Of a stretch of 32,831 nt of DNA, positions 12,121-23,866 are shown one piece after another. The notes under the pieces are model-generated. The model saw nothing but the letters and a program-made list of their open reading frames with translations. It did no database searches and had not been told where the DNA came from. The stretch is from Octopus bimaculoides (taxonomy: Eukaryota). How positions within the stretch are numbered: position 1 is the stretch's first letter; every line of letters begins with the position of its first letter. Made by a program: the position numbers and the translations under genes. Where the stretch lies: NCBI RefSeq assembly GCF_001194135.2, contig NC_068982.1:95049405-95082235 (forward strand), read 5' to 3'.

Positions 12121-12438
12121 AGACGTCACTGATGCTAGAAAACCGAAAGTTAATATTTTTTTTGAATTTTTCAACGACGTGAATCTAACACAAAAAGGAA
12201 TGTTATGACCAATGGACGTAAGGGAGACAATCAGTTTCTGTAAGTTACTCGCAAAGTGTTACCTCCCTTCTCCGCACACACCAGGACGGGTGTTTTCTGC
12301 CCCCAGAGGGTGGGGGAGTTACTTATTGTGTGAAAAGCTCTAAGAGTCTAAAACCATCCCTGGAACATAAGTAATGTATGTTCCCAGTTTGGAGAACATC
12401 AGTTGAAAAATACGGCCGTTGTAATCTTTTACACACAC

Positions 12439-12490
<52 letters not shown>

Positions 12491-13199
12491 NNNNNNNNNN
12501 NNNNNNNNNNNNNNNNNNNNNNNNNNNNNNNNNNNNNNNNNNNNNNNNNNNNNNNNNNNNNNNNNNNNNNNNNNNNNNNNNNNNNNNNNNNNNNNNNNNN
12601 NNNNNNNNNNNNNNNNNNNNNNNNNNNNNNNNNNNNNNNNNNNNNNNNNNNNNNNNNNNNNNNNNNNNNNNNNNNNNNNNNNNNNNNNNNNNNNNNNNNN
12701 NNNNNNNNNNNNNNNNNNNNNNNNNNNNNNNNNNNNNNNNNNNNNNNNNNNNNNNNNNNNNNNNNNNNNNNNNNNNNNNNNNNNNNNNNNNNNNNNNNNN
12801 NNNNNNNNNNNNNNNNNNNNNNNNNNNNNNNNNNNNNNNNNNNNNNNNNNNNNNNNNNNNNNNNNNNNNNNNNNNNNNNNNNNNNNNNNNNNNNNNNNNN
12901 NNNNNNNNNNNNNNNNNNNNNNNNNNNNNNNNNNNNNNNNNNNNNNNNNNNNNNNNNNNNNNNNNNNNNNNNNNNNNNNNNNNNNNNNNNNNNNNNNNNN
13001 NNNNNNNNNNNNNNNNNNNNNNNNNNNNNNNNNNNNNNNNNNNNNNNNNNNNNNNNNNNNNNNNNNNNNNNNNNNNNNNNNNNNNNNNNNNNNNNNNNNN
13101 NNNNNNNNNNNNNNNNNNNNNNNNNNNNNNNNNNNNNNNNNNNNNNNNNNNNNNNNNNNNGTATTCCTTGGGGCGATCTTTCGCTTTGACTCTCAGAAC

Positions 13200-13390
13200 T
13201 GTCATCCAGATCAATTGATGTTGATCGTTAATTTTTGCAATTTTTGTTTATTATTTACTTTCGTTTTGAAGTGAAAGAGAGGAGAAAGTGAAAGAGAGGA
13301 GAAAGTGAAAGAGAGGAGAAAGTAAAAGAGAAGAGAAAGTGAAAGATGTGAATAAAAAAAAAAATTACGGAAATTAACGACTGATAATGT
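13200..13390 (+). repeat. Interspersed repeat containing a 17-bp tandem (gtgaaagagaggagaaa x~4.5, 13271-13346)
   Basis: The tandem is visible directly. The flank atttactt(t/c)gtttt(g/a)aagtgaaagagag recurs at ~17438-17480. Confidence 0.75.
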
Positions 13391-14775
13391 CTTTTGAGAC
13401 AGGATTATCAGGTGTACATACTTTCGGAAAAAAGGCAGTCAATTTTCAAAGTTATAGTTTTCAGGATTAAAGGAGTAAGCCAATTGCATATTAGTGGAGA
13501 GCTGGATCTGTTTATCTGTATAAGACCCTTAGATGGAATTATTTATGTGCAAGTGAAACTTAATTTGACATTACGTTTTATAAAGTATTTTATATAATAT
13601 TTAAGATTCCTCGGTAAATGTTTACTTAATAAACTAAAAAGGTGTTTAACCACGTGAATAGGTTATTAAACTAAATAAGATTGTTTTCTTTTTTCTGTCT
13701 GAGGAATATTATTATTTTTATAATTTGTAATATATTTCATCTTTAAAGCCATTAAGTTTAAAGTAGGCGTTGCTTTATTAAATGAAGAGATTTTAATTAA
13801 CCACATAATCTTATTACTACATTATAATTTACGATTGCTTAAGATATTTATTCTGAATTTTAATAATTACGCTATGCAGATGTCGTCACAGTGCCATAAG
13901 TACTTATTAAAGATCTCGAAAATTACAACATTACGGATTAAAATATACTTGGCGTGATGAAAGAGAGCATTCTGAATTTCCTCTATTTTGACAACTAGTC
14001 TCTCAAACTCTCTTCTGCTTCCTTACAGTTATTTACTCCACCCATGGGGCTGTTATATTTTAAAGCATTCCAACTTTGTCATCACATATATTATGACACC
14101 CATTGCCTTATTTCCTTAGTAATTTACTTTAATCGAATCATAATTAGAAAATATAGTCAGTACATGCATCCAAGGAATATGAGTATTGCTCTCTTCGAAC
14201 TGCTGTATTAATGTGGCTAACTTGAAATAAAATATATTGCTCAAGGAAAATGACCCTAAAATATAAGCAACTTGCGTTCGGGATTTGGAACGAAGAACTA
14301 AGCATGTATATTAAAGTCAGAAAGTTAATAGCTTCTTCAAACCATATATTCGCATTGCCAAAAGTTTTACAAGTACATCATTTAAGAAAATAAACGTAAC
14401 AAGAGCTATGCCTCCATATATTAGCTTTGCTAAAATTTCTACTAGTACATCATTTAAGAAAAGAAACACAAGAGCTATATGTCCATATACACATCACATG
14501 CCATTAAAAGTCGCAATTCAAAAATATTGAAATAAATCCATTGATGAACTTCATTCTAACACACTCGTTATTAGTACACTGAAACTAGATACAAAATGAA
14601 TGAAACCTTTATTAGTGTATATATTCATGTATATATTACATGCGACAAATATAATCCAGTGTATATATACTGTAATAAAAGAATCCAGGAAGGCTTTATC
14701 AAGCCATGAATCGCACTCGTGTAAGATATATGTGTGTATACATGTGTTTATAAGTGCATGCATGCACACATACGC

Positions 14776-14812
<37 letters not shown>

Positions 14813-14813
<1 letters not shown>

Positions 14814-15075
14814 TTGTAAAGAACAAAAAGTTTAGGAAGGTATAACAATGCAATATAGAACAAAAAATGGACTGTATACCTGTTGTAACTTGGTAAACTG
14901 TAGTCCGATGATATTTCGGAATTAGAATTCCTTCTTCAGATCTTAATTTGCTAGAGTCTTTGCTATAAACTTTTTATAGCAGGACTACAGTTTACCAAGT
15001 TACAGCAGGTATACAGTCCATTTTTTGTTCTATATTGCATTGATATACCTTCCTAAACTTTTTGTTCTTTACAAA
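14813..15075 (-). mobile_element. Fold-back element with 94-bp arms (92/94 identical) and a hammerhead motif in the spacer; likely PLE pseudo-LTR derivative
   Basis: 14813-14906 versus 14982-15075 show two mismatches. The left arm abuts (TA)n. Confidence 0.85.
14907..14942 (-). ncRNA. Minimal type I hammerhead ribozyme motif (PLE type)
   Basis: The minus strand reads GAT-CTGAAGA-A-GGAAT-tcta-ATTCC-GAAA-TA-TC-ATC. It has the CUGANGA core, a 5-bp stem II, GAAA, a palindromic AUAU stem III, an AUC cleavage triplet and a 3-bp stem I (GAU/AUC). Confidence 0.7.
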
Positions 15076-15124
15076 CAATACACAATGCTTCAAGCGAACT
15101 ACAATACTACAAATACGCTTCAAT

Positions 15125-15465
15125 TATGTAGATTCCGATTATATCAGAATTTGTTTTAAAATAAAATTTTCGAAAAAGGAATTTCATGTGTGTCAATATG
15201 TATAAGTGTTGTCCTACCAATGTCTATTTCCATATTAAATTCCAATATCATCATAATCTACCCGCTCTGAAAGGTATTTGTTGACATATGAAGAAACAAA
15301 CCCGACTCGTGAAAATTTCTTGAAACTCTTTTACTCACTCCCCTGAAAATATTTTGTCACAATAAATTCAGATATAATCGGAATCTACACCATCTGAAGT
15401 ATATTTGTAGAAAATTCTACTAAAAAATATCTATTTTCCGGAAAGGAAACAAATTTGCTGGGAGC
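15125..15465. repeat. Palindromic interspersed repeat (MITE/fold-back-like family), copy 1
   Basis: gtagattccgattatatcagaatttgtt (~15129) is inverted to aataaattcagatataatcggaatctac (~15361). Related to copies at 16200, 16840 and 19190. Confidence 0.65.
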
Positions 15466-15514
15466 TCATTTGTGAATGCATACCGATTGGTCTATGTATG
15501 TATATATGCATGAG

Positions 15515-15700
15515 CCAGCGAGAAAGACCTCTACATGATAGCTAGATCTGATGGAAATAGCATCCCGATTTTCCTCAAATCTAAGAACCACATTATCCAA
15601 AGCACACAGGTAAAAGAAGGGATGGTAAGGGATGGAACACCTTCTAGCATAAGGCAGCACAATGAAGTGAAAGCTGGCCTGGGGTTAAACAACATCATCC
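15515..15700 (+). repeat. Probable diverged SINE/LINE 3' tail ending in an (AAC)-like tail
   Basis: cctctacatg..gaaatagc..cctcaaatc..gggatgg..ctggggttaaacaacatc resembles a recalled octopus repeat. There are no coding hallmarks. Not verified by search. Confidence 0.35.
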
Positions 15701-15837
15701 GTCAAACCGTACACCCTCTACTGTCAAATAAAATATGAAAAAGCGAGGGGAAAGAGAAGTGCTGCAAAGAAGTAAAAGAGTACAGTAGGACATAAGATTT
15801 AGAAAGTATGATAGAGAGACGGCATGAGGGTGGTTGA

Positions 15838-15959
<122 letters not shown>

Positions 15960-16204
15960 TGGGGTAACCATGATAAGAGAGAATGAAGTGGTGGTGATAT
16001 AAATTAAAAGAAAGTGGGAGAGAAGAGTGAGAGAATACAAGAGACAATAGAGACAGAGAGTAGTTGGATAGAAGACAACATAAATATATAAGGTTATAAA
16101 TTTAAATAATACGTTTACTATGGTAACGCAGGCGCAATGATATACAATTACCGGCTGGATTTAGCTGCAGCACACCTACATATACGTGCTCCAACCATTT
16201 TCTT

Positions 16205-16600
16205 TTCCCATAAGTTTCAGAAACATGGATATTTTCGAATGAAATTTCTTCAAATACGCCTCAGGTGTAAATTCCGATTATATCGGAATTTGTTGGGAAA
16301 GAAAGTTTTAGAAAAAATGTGATGTATTTCAATATGAATCATAGTAAATTCCAATATAATTGTAATGTACACACTCTGAATGGCATTTGTCGAAATTATC
16401 ATTCAAAAATACCTATTTTTTCGAAAGTTATGAGGAAGCAAATCCGACTTGTGTGAATTTTGGGAACTCCTTTACCCATTCCGCCGAAAACATTTTTTCA
16501 CAATAAATCCAGATCTAATCAGAACCTAAACCGTCTGGAGCGTATGTGTGGAAAATTTCATTAAACAGTATCCATTTCCCGGAAAGTTATGAGGTAACAA
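16205..16600. repeat. Palindromic interspersed repeat, copy 2 (degenerate ~100-bp terminal arms)
   Basis: cccataagtttcagaaacatggatat..gaatgaaattt..ccgattatatcggaatttgttg is a degenerate reverse complement of cacaataaatccagatctaatcaga..aaatttcattaaacagtatccatttcccggaaagttatgagg. Confidence 0.65.
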
Positions 16601-17444
16601 ATCGTGTGGGGGGAACCATTGCTTTAACATAAATATTTTCGATTATAATTATCTAATAATACATATTTATCATGGAATTCCAGTAACACATGTGCAGTGA
16701 AATACAATAAATGACTGGAGCGAAGTGTTCATGACTGGGAAACAGTTTTTTGTGCATTGTGTAAATTCCAATAATATAAGAATTTGGTGTGAAAATATTC
16801 TTGGAGGGAATAGTGAGAAGGGTTTTGGAATATTCAAACGAATCAGATTTGTTTCCTCATAACGTTCAGAAAAATGGGTATTTTTTCATGAAATTTTCTA
16901 CAAATACTGTGAGAGTGTGTACATTAAGTTTATGCTGGAATTTAAAATAGAAAAAAGGGGTGGGATAGTACACATATATACTGATGCACATTACATCTCA
17001 ATAATAATAAAACTCTAGAGATGTTTGTGTACCCAGAATATCTCAGAAATGGCATATTTCATTTTAGTTTTTTTTTTGCATATTTATTTTCATACTTACC
17101 TTCGACAGTGCAGTAAAATTTTTGTGATATTTGGACCCCTATGTAAACGTTTAAACACAATTTTTGCTTGTTATGTTTTGACGAAAAAACATGGCTTCCG
17201 TGATGTCAACACACATACACACATACAGAATACACACACATATAATGAATGTCATGGCATGTCAATTAACACAAACACACATCCGGTATTTGTGACATAT
17301 ACACACACTCATAGTCTTCGCACTCTCGGAAAAAAGTCGATTTTTTGACGTACACAATATTTTAATTGTTTAGAAATATTTTTAACTGAATGTGGTTTCA
17401 TCATCTAGAGTTCGTTAATTTCCATAAAAATTTTATGTATTTAC

Positions 17445-17825
17445 TTTTGTTTTAAAGTGAAAGAGAGAAGAAAGTGAAAGTTGTATGTACGTGCATATGA
17501 TATGGGTGTATGTGAAAGAGGGAGAGAGAATGAGGGAGAGAGAATGAGGGAGAGAGAGAGGGAGAGTGAGTGAAGGGGTATGTTGTCATGTATACGTACG
17601 TACATCATTTTGTATCTACATGAGCATGTCTGTGTGTGTGTGAAAGAGAGAGAGAGTTAACGTGTGTCTTCCCATGTATGTATAAGTGACACTCTCTTTC
17701 TCTCTCTCTCACACACACACACACATACACGCACACACACGCACACACACACTCGCACACACGTCCATTTCATATATACGTTCATACATCTTTCACTTTC
17801 TCCGCTTTTTCACTTTAAAACAAAA
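17445..17825. repeat. Fold-back element with ~65-bp inverted arms enclosing microsatellites
   Basis: ttttgttttaaagtgaaagagagaagaaagtgaaagttgtatgtacgt (17445-) is inverted to acgttcatacatctttcactttctccgctttttcactttaaaacaaaa (-17825). Confidence 0.75.
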
Positions 17826-18324
17826 TAACAGGTGCTTTTCAGGATAAAAATTGTTTAAAAGGCTTCTACTCATGTATAATGCACTCACAAAACGTTTCAG
17901 AATAGCCGATATGGCCAGGGGGAAAAGGTTTTCCATTTAGTTGTATTTAGCATAATTTTGCCATTTATGATTAGATTTTATTAAACTATCATTAGATTTA
18001 AGCTCTTATTTTTTCTGCAAATCCTATTCTAATATTAAATGAGTCAACGTCCGGTACGAATGTTTACATTTTGTAACTCTCTAAGAAAAACAAAACCGTC
18101 GACTCTTTGCCGTACACACACATTGGGCATAGAGAAATATCTTTTTTGCGGGGATTACTTGTAGTTTTATCATTTCAGGTTTTATTCTACTTCATTCATT
18201 TGACGTTTGCAATTTCTTTGTTGTTTTGATTTAATTTTCTTAATATAACATTACACACAAAAATAAGCACTGATCAGTTATGCAACGTGGAAAGAGACGG
18301 GGATCATCGTGATCATGAGATGAT

Positions 18325-18600
18325 TCCAAAAGGCGTTGGGAAGAGGCAAGGCCAAAGAGGCAATAGGAAACGGCTGAGATGACGGTAAAGCGACGCCAGA
18401 ACGACGGTGAGGATAACAGAGTGATGCAGCAAAAACGGAGGCAAGGAGAAATGAGGAAGATAAGAATGCACCCTTCCAGGATTTGAGACAAAGAACAAAT
18501 AGCAGAAGACTTGCAGTAACATCTGAGATGAGGGCTGCATGACTCTTAAACAACAGAGTGAGGAAAGAAACAAGGACAGAGGGAGCAATGGAAGGAAATG
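18325..18600 (+). pseudogene. Possible degraded Helitron RepHel N-terminal charged-repeat region
   Basis: Stitched frames give ETAEMTVKRRQND..TEARRNEEDKNAPFQDLRQRTNSRRLAVTSEMRAA*LLNNRVR, reminiscent of ETxExRxxRL (STPR-like) repeats. No Rep or helicase motifs are seen. Confidence 0.25.
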
Positions 18601-19184
18601 GATCCACTCTTTCTGCTAATGTAAGTGTGAGGAATAGAATATGCTCTTGCTATCATGTATTCATATTCCATGGCGAAACTGTAAATTTCTGCTGCATGAA
18701 GGGAAAAGTTTTTATTGGCAATTTATCCATTTATACAACAGTGATGATCATCTTGCAAAATATTTCAGGAAGAACATCAGACAGTACAACTGCTTCTTCT
18801 AAATGACATCATTCGGTGGGGAAGAAGTTATTCCTAAAAGAAAGATATGGAATCCCTCTGTTGTCATTCATGACCAGATCCATCACTATATCGGACAGTT
18901 ACAATTTTCTTAGATTAAATTCATTGCTTTTGTTTGGATAGTTCCAATTAAAGGTGTCCAGGTGTTAGGTTAAATATACATACATAAGACCTATGAATTC
19001 CCATTCTACAAACTGGCAAATAATTCCGTGAATACTTTACCGAGCAACTCTGGGTAGTAAGTATAATACATCTACAAAATGAAAGTTGACATTTTGAAAA
19101 AAATGGTGATGTGTGTATGGTATGTGTGTGCGTGAGCTCGCCATTTTCCTTCACAAATCAAATTGCTATGTAATCGTAATTTAA

Positions 19185-19435
19185 ACACACTGAAAGGTAT
19201 CTGTCGAATTTTTCATTTTATATATCCCAATTATCCGAAAGTTATGAGGAAGGAAATACGATTCGCGTGAATTTTCTGAAACTCCTCTACTCACTTATTT
19301 TTAAACAACAATTTCGGATATATTTTTCTACAACAAATTTGGATATAAATGGACTCTACGCCATCTGAAGTGTATCTGTCGAAAATTTAATTTAAGAATA
19401 TCTATTTTTCTGGACCTTATGGGAAAATAAAACAT
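19185..19435 (+). repeat. Partial copy of the 15125/16205 repeat family
   Basis: Shared blocks: ctgaaaggtat.tgtcgaa, ccgaaagttatgaggaa, gtgaattttctgaaactc, ccatctgaagt.tat.tgt.gaaaatt. Confidence 0.65.
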
Positions 19436-19748
19436 TTGTGTATATATTCCCATTGGTTCAACATAAGCAATACTAAGAAAAATAACCACTGTATATCAAC
19501 ATAATAGTTTGCTTGCTTCACTTTCATTTTGTATATGACAATATTTAACTATATAATTGCATGTTATATATAAATAAAGCATATACCTCTTTCGTTCGGT
19601 TTACATCAAAAGGGTGGCAAGAATGTGAATGTGATGGGCTCTCTACACATGAAAGTAAACAGGATAACAATAGTTACGATGGCATTCTGTGTAGTAACGA
19701 ATAATAACTGTATTAAAAATGCACAGCAGTGAGTACGTATGTATATAT

Positions 19749-19798
<50 letters not shown>

Positions 19799-19824
19799 TG
19801 TGTGTGAGTGTGTGNNNNNNNNNN

Positions 19825-19864
<40 letters not shown>

Positions 19865-19867
19865 TGT

Positions 19868-19910
<43 letters not shown>

Positions 19911-20321
19911 TTATATTTATATACATTTACATTTATATTACAATTCATTGGCAGTATTTAGGAAGTCATTTTTTCATTGCTTTATAAACGCACGTTCTTT
20001 TAACATCATTGCATGTCCCTTGTAGCACTACTTTACGTTTTTCATTATTGATATTCGAGCTTTATTCATGTTCCATGTCTTCCCCACATTCTTCTAGCCT
20101 CCATACCGTTTGTATATTTACGCATATACCCTATGGTAATATATGATACAATCATACCAAACCAATATACAACATATCTTGAAGGTAGCTTGTTCGCACT
20201 AGTATATACAGGTTGGTTTCGCGAGAAGCGGAGAATTCGTGAAATGCTGATTTATATTTTCACAAGATCTATTTGAAGTAAACAATAAACGTCAAATTTT
20301 CCGCTTTTCTAGCGACCATCC

Positions 20322-20323
<2 letters not shown>

Positions 20324-20382
<59 letters not shown>
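20324..20382. repeat. (GT)n microsatellite
   Basis: Directly visible. Confidence 0.98.
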
Positions 20383-20385
<3 letters not shown>

Positions 20386-20461
20386 TACATAAATTAACAA
20401 AATACATGGCAAAAATACAGTTGCTTATGCACACACACAAACGCACGTATATGTTATTATA

Positions 20462-20695
20462 AAGGCAGCGAGCAGGTAGAAACGTTAGCACGCCCGGCGA
20501 AATGCTTAGCAGTATTTCGTCTGCCGCTACGTTCTGAGTTCAAATTCCGCCGAGATCGACGTTGCCTTTCATCCTTTCTGGGTCGATTAAATAAGTACCA
20601 GTTACGCACTGGGGTCGATATAATCGACGTAATCCGTTTGTCTGTCTTTGTTTGTCCCCTCTGTGTGTAGCCCCTTGTGGGTAGTAAAGAAATAA
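20462..20695 (+). mobile_element. Full-length tRNA-derived SINE with an 18-bp target-site duplication
   Basis: It has an A-box-like head, the B box gagttcaaattcc and the tail ..gtagtaaagaaata. cacgtatatgttattata occurs at both 20444-20461 and 20696-20713. Confidence 0.92.
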
Positions 20696-20728
20696 CACGT
20701 ATATGTTATTATATAGATAAATGCGAGC

Positions 20729-21499
20729 AAGAGAAATAATATTCCTAAGATTATAAACCTGGAAAAGTACAGAGCACGCAAAATATTGCAGCTAAGGATA
20801 AAATTTCAAAAGAAATATTTAGATTTAGAAAATATTAGCTTTTATTGAAACTAAAAATTTTATTACAAGTTATTACTTCCATTTGTTATTACTGGTTACA
20901 TCTATAAAAAGTTTAGAAATAACTCAAAATATTTTTTGCACTTTAAAAAAATTTATTTTTCTAATTATTGATTATTAATTAGAAATTTGAAAATAGGTTA
21001 TGAAAAATAATAGTAGTACATTATTAGTACAATAAATAGGATAATACAAAAATTAGTTACATATTACAGTAAAATCTACCTTGAACAACAAATTCACAGT
21101 AAAATTTGCTTGAGTTCTTGCCTAAGTTATTGCCAAATCTTCACATTTTTAGTCTTGACCCAATGCCTATTTTTTACATAATGAATTTGCCTACCATATA
21201 TACTATTCTACCTTGCATAAAACTTTAGTTATATTGGTACTTCTGGCTCTCGTTTTTTAAGTAGTCTAGTGTGTCAATATTTTAACAAAAGATGGTACTC
21301 TTTTAATTATAATGTTACTTTTTAAATCAAAATGAAATATTTTTTTATGTTCAAATTTTATCTTAGCTGCAATATTTTAAGTAAATTTTTCTTCTTCAGT
21401 ACTTTAGCAGATGTAATAACTTGTCCTGAACTTTTCCAATTGTAATAACGTGTCCTATACTTTTCCAGGTTTATAATTTTAAGAATATTATTTCTCTTA
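20729..21499. repeat. AT-rich fold-back with inverted arms 20729-20807 / 21352-21499
   Basis: aagagaaataatattcctaagattataaacctggaaaagta and aaaatattgcagctaag.ataaaattt recur in reverse complement on the right, separated by an extra ~70 bp. Confidence 0.7.
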
Positions 21500-21817
21500 C
21501 TTTCAGTTTTCTATAAATTTTAGAAAGAATATGCAAAAGGAATATTTTATTGAGCTTATATTAAGTGCTCTATTACTTTGAGCAAATAGATATATATATG
21601 TTTTTATATCATTAATAAATTTATAAAATTATTAATAATATTCATAGGAAATCAATATACAAATTTTCGAAAGATATATGTTTAATGTGACACAGTAATA
21701 TTTTGAATTATAATTAAATTAAAATTTAAGATGTACAAAATACAAATATATATAAAAAATATAAATCTACATAAAAATACATGCGTATATAAATGTATAT
21801 AAAAATGTATGCGTAGT

Positions 21818-21899
21818 TGAGTATAAATATTCTGAAAGTCTAAAAATTAAAAAGCATTTGAGTATAAATATTATGAAAGTCTAAAAATTAAAAATCATC
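21818..21899. repeat. 41-bp tandem duplication
   Basis: tgagtataaatatt(c/a)tgaaagtctaaaaattaaaaa x2. Confidence 0.9.
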
Positions 21900-22984
21900 T
21901 GACGATCGTTTCACGGACATTATTGCAATCACAATGTAATCAAAATAGATAAGCATACTGGCAATAATTCCGCTCTTCGGAGATGAATGGAGTTATTATA
22001 TACGTGCTAAAAACGAATGGTATATATAATAAGATGATATTGATTTAAATATTAAAAAATATTAAGAATATTAAAAATATTAAAATGTATGCTGTTATGT
22101 TTATTAATAATGTGCCAAATGTGTCAATTCGCGGTGTCATTGATAACTTTTTTCTTACCTCAATGAAGCCGGTAATATATATTGAAAGTTCCCTTATAGA
22201 ACTATATTNNNNNNNNNNNNNNNNNNNNNNNNNNNNNNNNNNNNNNNNNNNNNNNNNNNNNNNNNNNNNNNNNNNNNNNNNNNNNNNNNNNNNNNNNNNN
22301 NNNNNNNNNNNNNNNNNNNNNNNNNNNNNNNNNNNNNNNNNNNNNNNNNNNNNNNNTTTAAGCTTAATTAAAATATATTTTGTTTTTAAAATAAAAAAGT
22401 TAATTATACTTAAATCCAATCTTTTGCCTAATATTTTTACAGGATAGTTTACCTCAAAACTTTTTTGATACAAATTGTTGTTGCATAGAATCAGAACTAT
22501 GACATTCTTCAAGCTTTTTTTCTATCATTGAAGCTAAGATAAATATATTTTGCTTCTAAGATAAAAAAAGTTATTTAGATCTAAACTTGAATGGTGGTGT
22601 TACTTACTCTCCTCTAACGTTGCTACAAATTTTGATGTAAACTTTTTTCTACTGGACCAAATCTGAATTGTTTATGTCAAAATGTAACTAGGGACCAGTC
22701 CTCCTCAAAAATGTTAACAGTTTTCCATTTGGTTAAGAGCTGAATTAACGACAAACTCTGAAAGATGCTGCATGTGAGTAAATTGCGGCCTTATTCAACT
22801 ACTACCGTAATTGAATGATTATTAGATGATTGTCCTTGGTCCTCAATCCCTGATGAGTCTTAGAGACATTCTCCTGTTACAGCGTGTCTCGGATTTTTTT
22901 CTAAATCTGGCGATACACTCCTTTTGCGGGTCTGATCACAGCTGATTACAGCCAGTGAGAGAGAAATATACAGAAGAAACGACC

Positions 22985-23062
22985 CAGGTACATAAGTTAA
23001 TACTTTACTTATCGATCCCGCAACGAAGAAAACCAGAACTAAACTCAGTGGTATTCAAATTT
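22985..23062 (-). mobile_element. Degraded SINE core fragment
   Basis: The reverse complement tttgaataccactgagtttag..cgggatcgataagtaaagta resembles ttcaaattccgccgag..ggggtcgat.aataagta of the 20464 copy. Confidence 0.45.
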
Positions 23063-23120
23063 CTAGCGCAAGCTAGCCTATCCGACACCAATGACTGCCG
23101 ATTCGTCACCTAATATATAT

Positions 23121-23443
23121 AACATCCATACTGGCACTCCGTCGCTTACGACGGCCAGGGTTCCATTTAATCTTATCAACAGCCTGCTCGTGAAATTAAT
23201 GTGCAAGTGGGTGAGCACTCTACAGACACGAGTATCTTTAATATAGTCCTCAGGGAGACCCAGCGTGACACAGTGTGACATGATTGGATCTTTGGAATAC
23301 AGGTACTACTCATTATTGCTAACTGAGTGAACTGGAGCAACGTGAAATAAAGTTTCATGTTCAGGGACACAATGCATCGCTGGGAATTGAACTCACGACC
23401 TTACGATTGTAAGCCGAATAGCCTAAACTCTATACGATATGCC
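23121..23443 (-). mobile_element. Second tRNA-derived SINE family, near full length
   Basis: The minus-strand head has a tRNA-like arm (ggcttacaatcgtaagg) and the B box gagttcaattcc. It continues with ttcacgttgctccagttcactcag and ends ..gacggagtgccagtatggatgtt. Confidence 0.75.
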
Positions 23444-23866
23444 TTCATACATATACACATATATATATACAAAAGTCAACAACAATTAATAAACTACAGC
23501 GAAAGCACAACATAAAAAGTACAACGAATGCAACAGTATTGTAACACTGCAAATTAGTACTTGAAATGAGTATAGATTAGCTTTCTTTTTTTGTTCTTCA
23601 CAAAGAAAGGTAAATGGAGAAGAAATATTGAGAGGCACAGGCAGAAGTAAGAGTGAACTTTAAAAAAATTAATTGGAAAAGAGCACAGTGAAAAGATGAA
23701 GAGTTAACAATAGCGGAGGAAGCCGTCCACTGTTATGGAGTCACGTATAGAGAGGGGCATAAGTGTGTTACTGAATTTACCACAATGCACGTGTACTCGG
23801 AGGCGTACACAAAAGGTGATAATGCTGACATCTGTATTAGTATTTATATATTTACATGTGTGTGAA

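Noticed and set aside
12125-12155. ctgatgctagaaaaccgaaagtta, hammerhead-like
   Set aside because: The core is CTGATGC, stem II does not pair and no stem I forms.
15535-15738. 67-aa ORF as a host gene
   Set aside because: Short, with no domain signature, and it resembles a repeat tail.
19613-19728. Possible exon or integrin-like CEC..CSN peptide
   Set aside because: The Cys-containing frame stops before the donor, and the open frame has no recognisable homology.
19745-19905. Apparent direct repeat either side of a 10-N gap
   Set aside because: Most likely overlapping contig ends of one microsatellite (assembly artefact).
22850-22880. CTGATGA-GTCT-tag-AGAC hammerhead-like start
   Set aside because: Stem II is followed by ATTC instead of the required GAAA.
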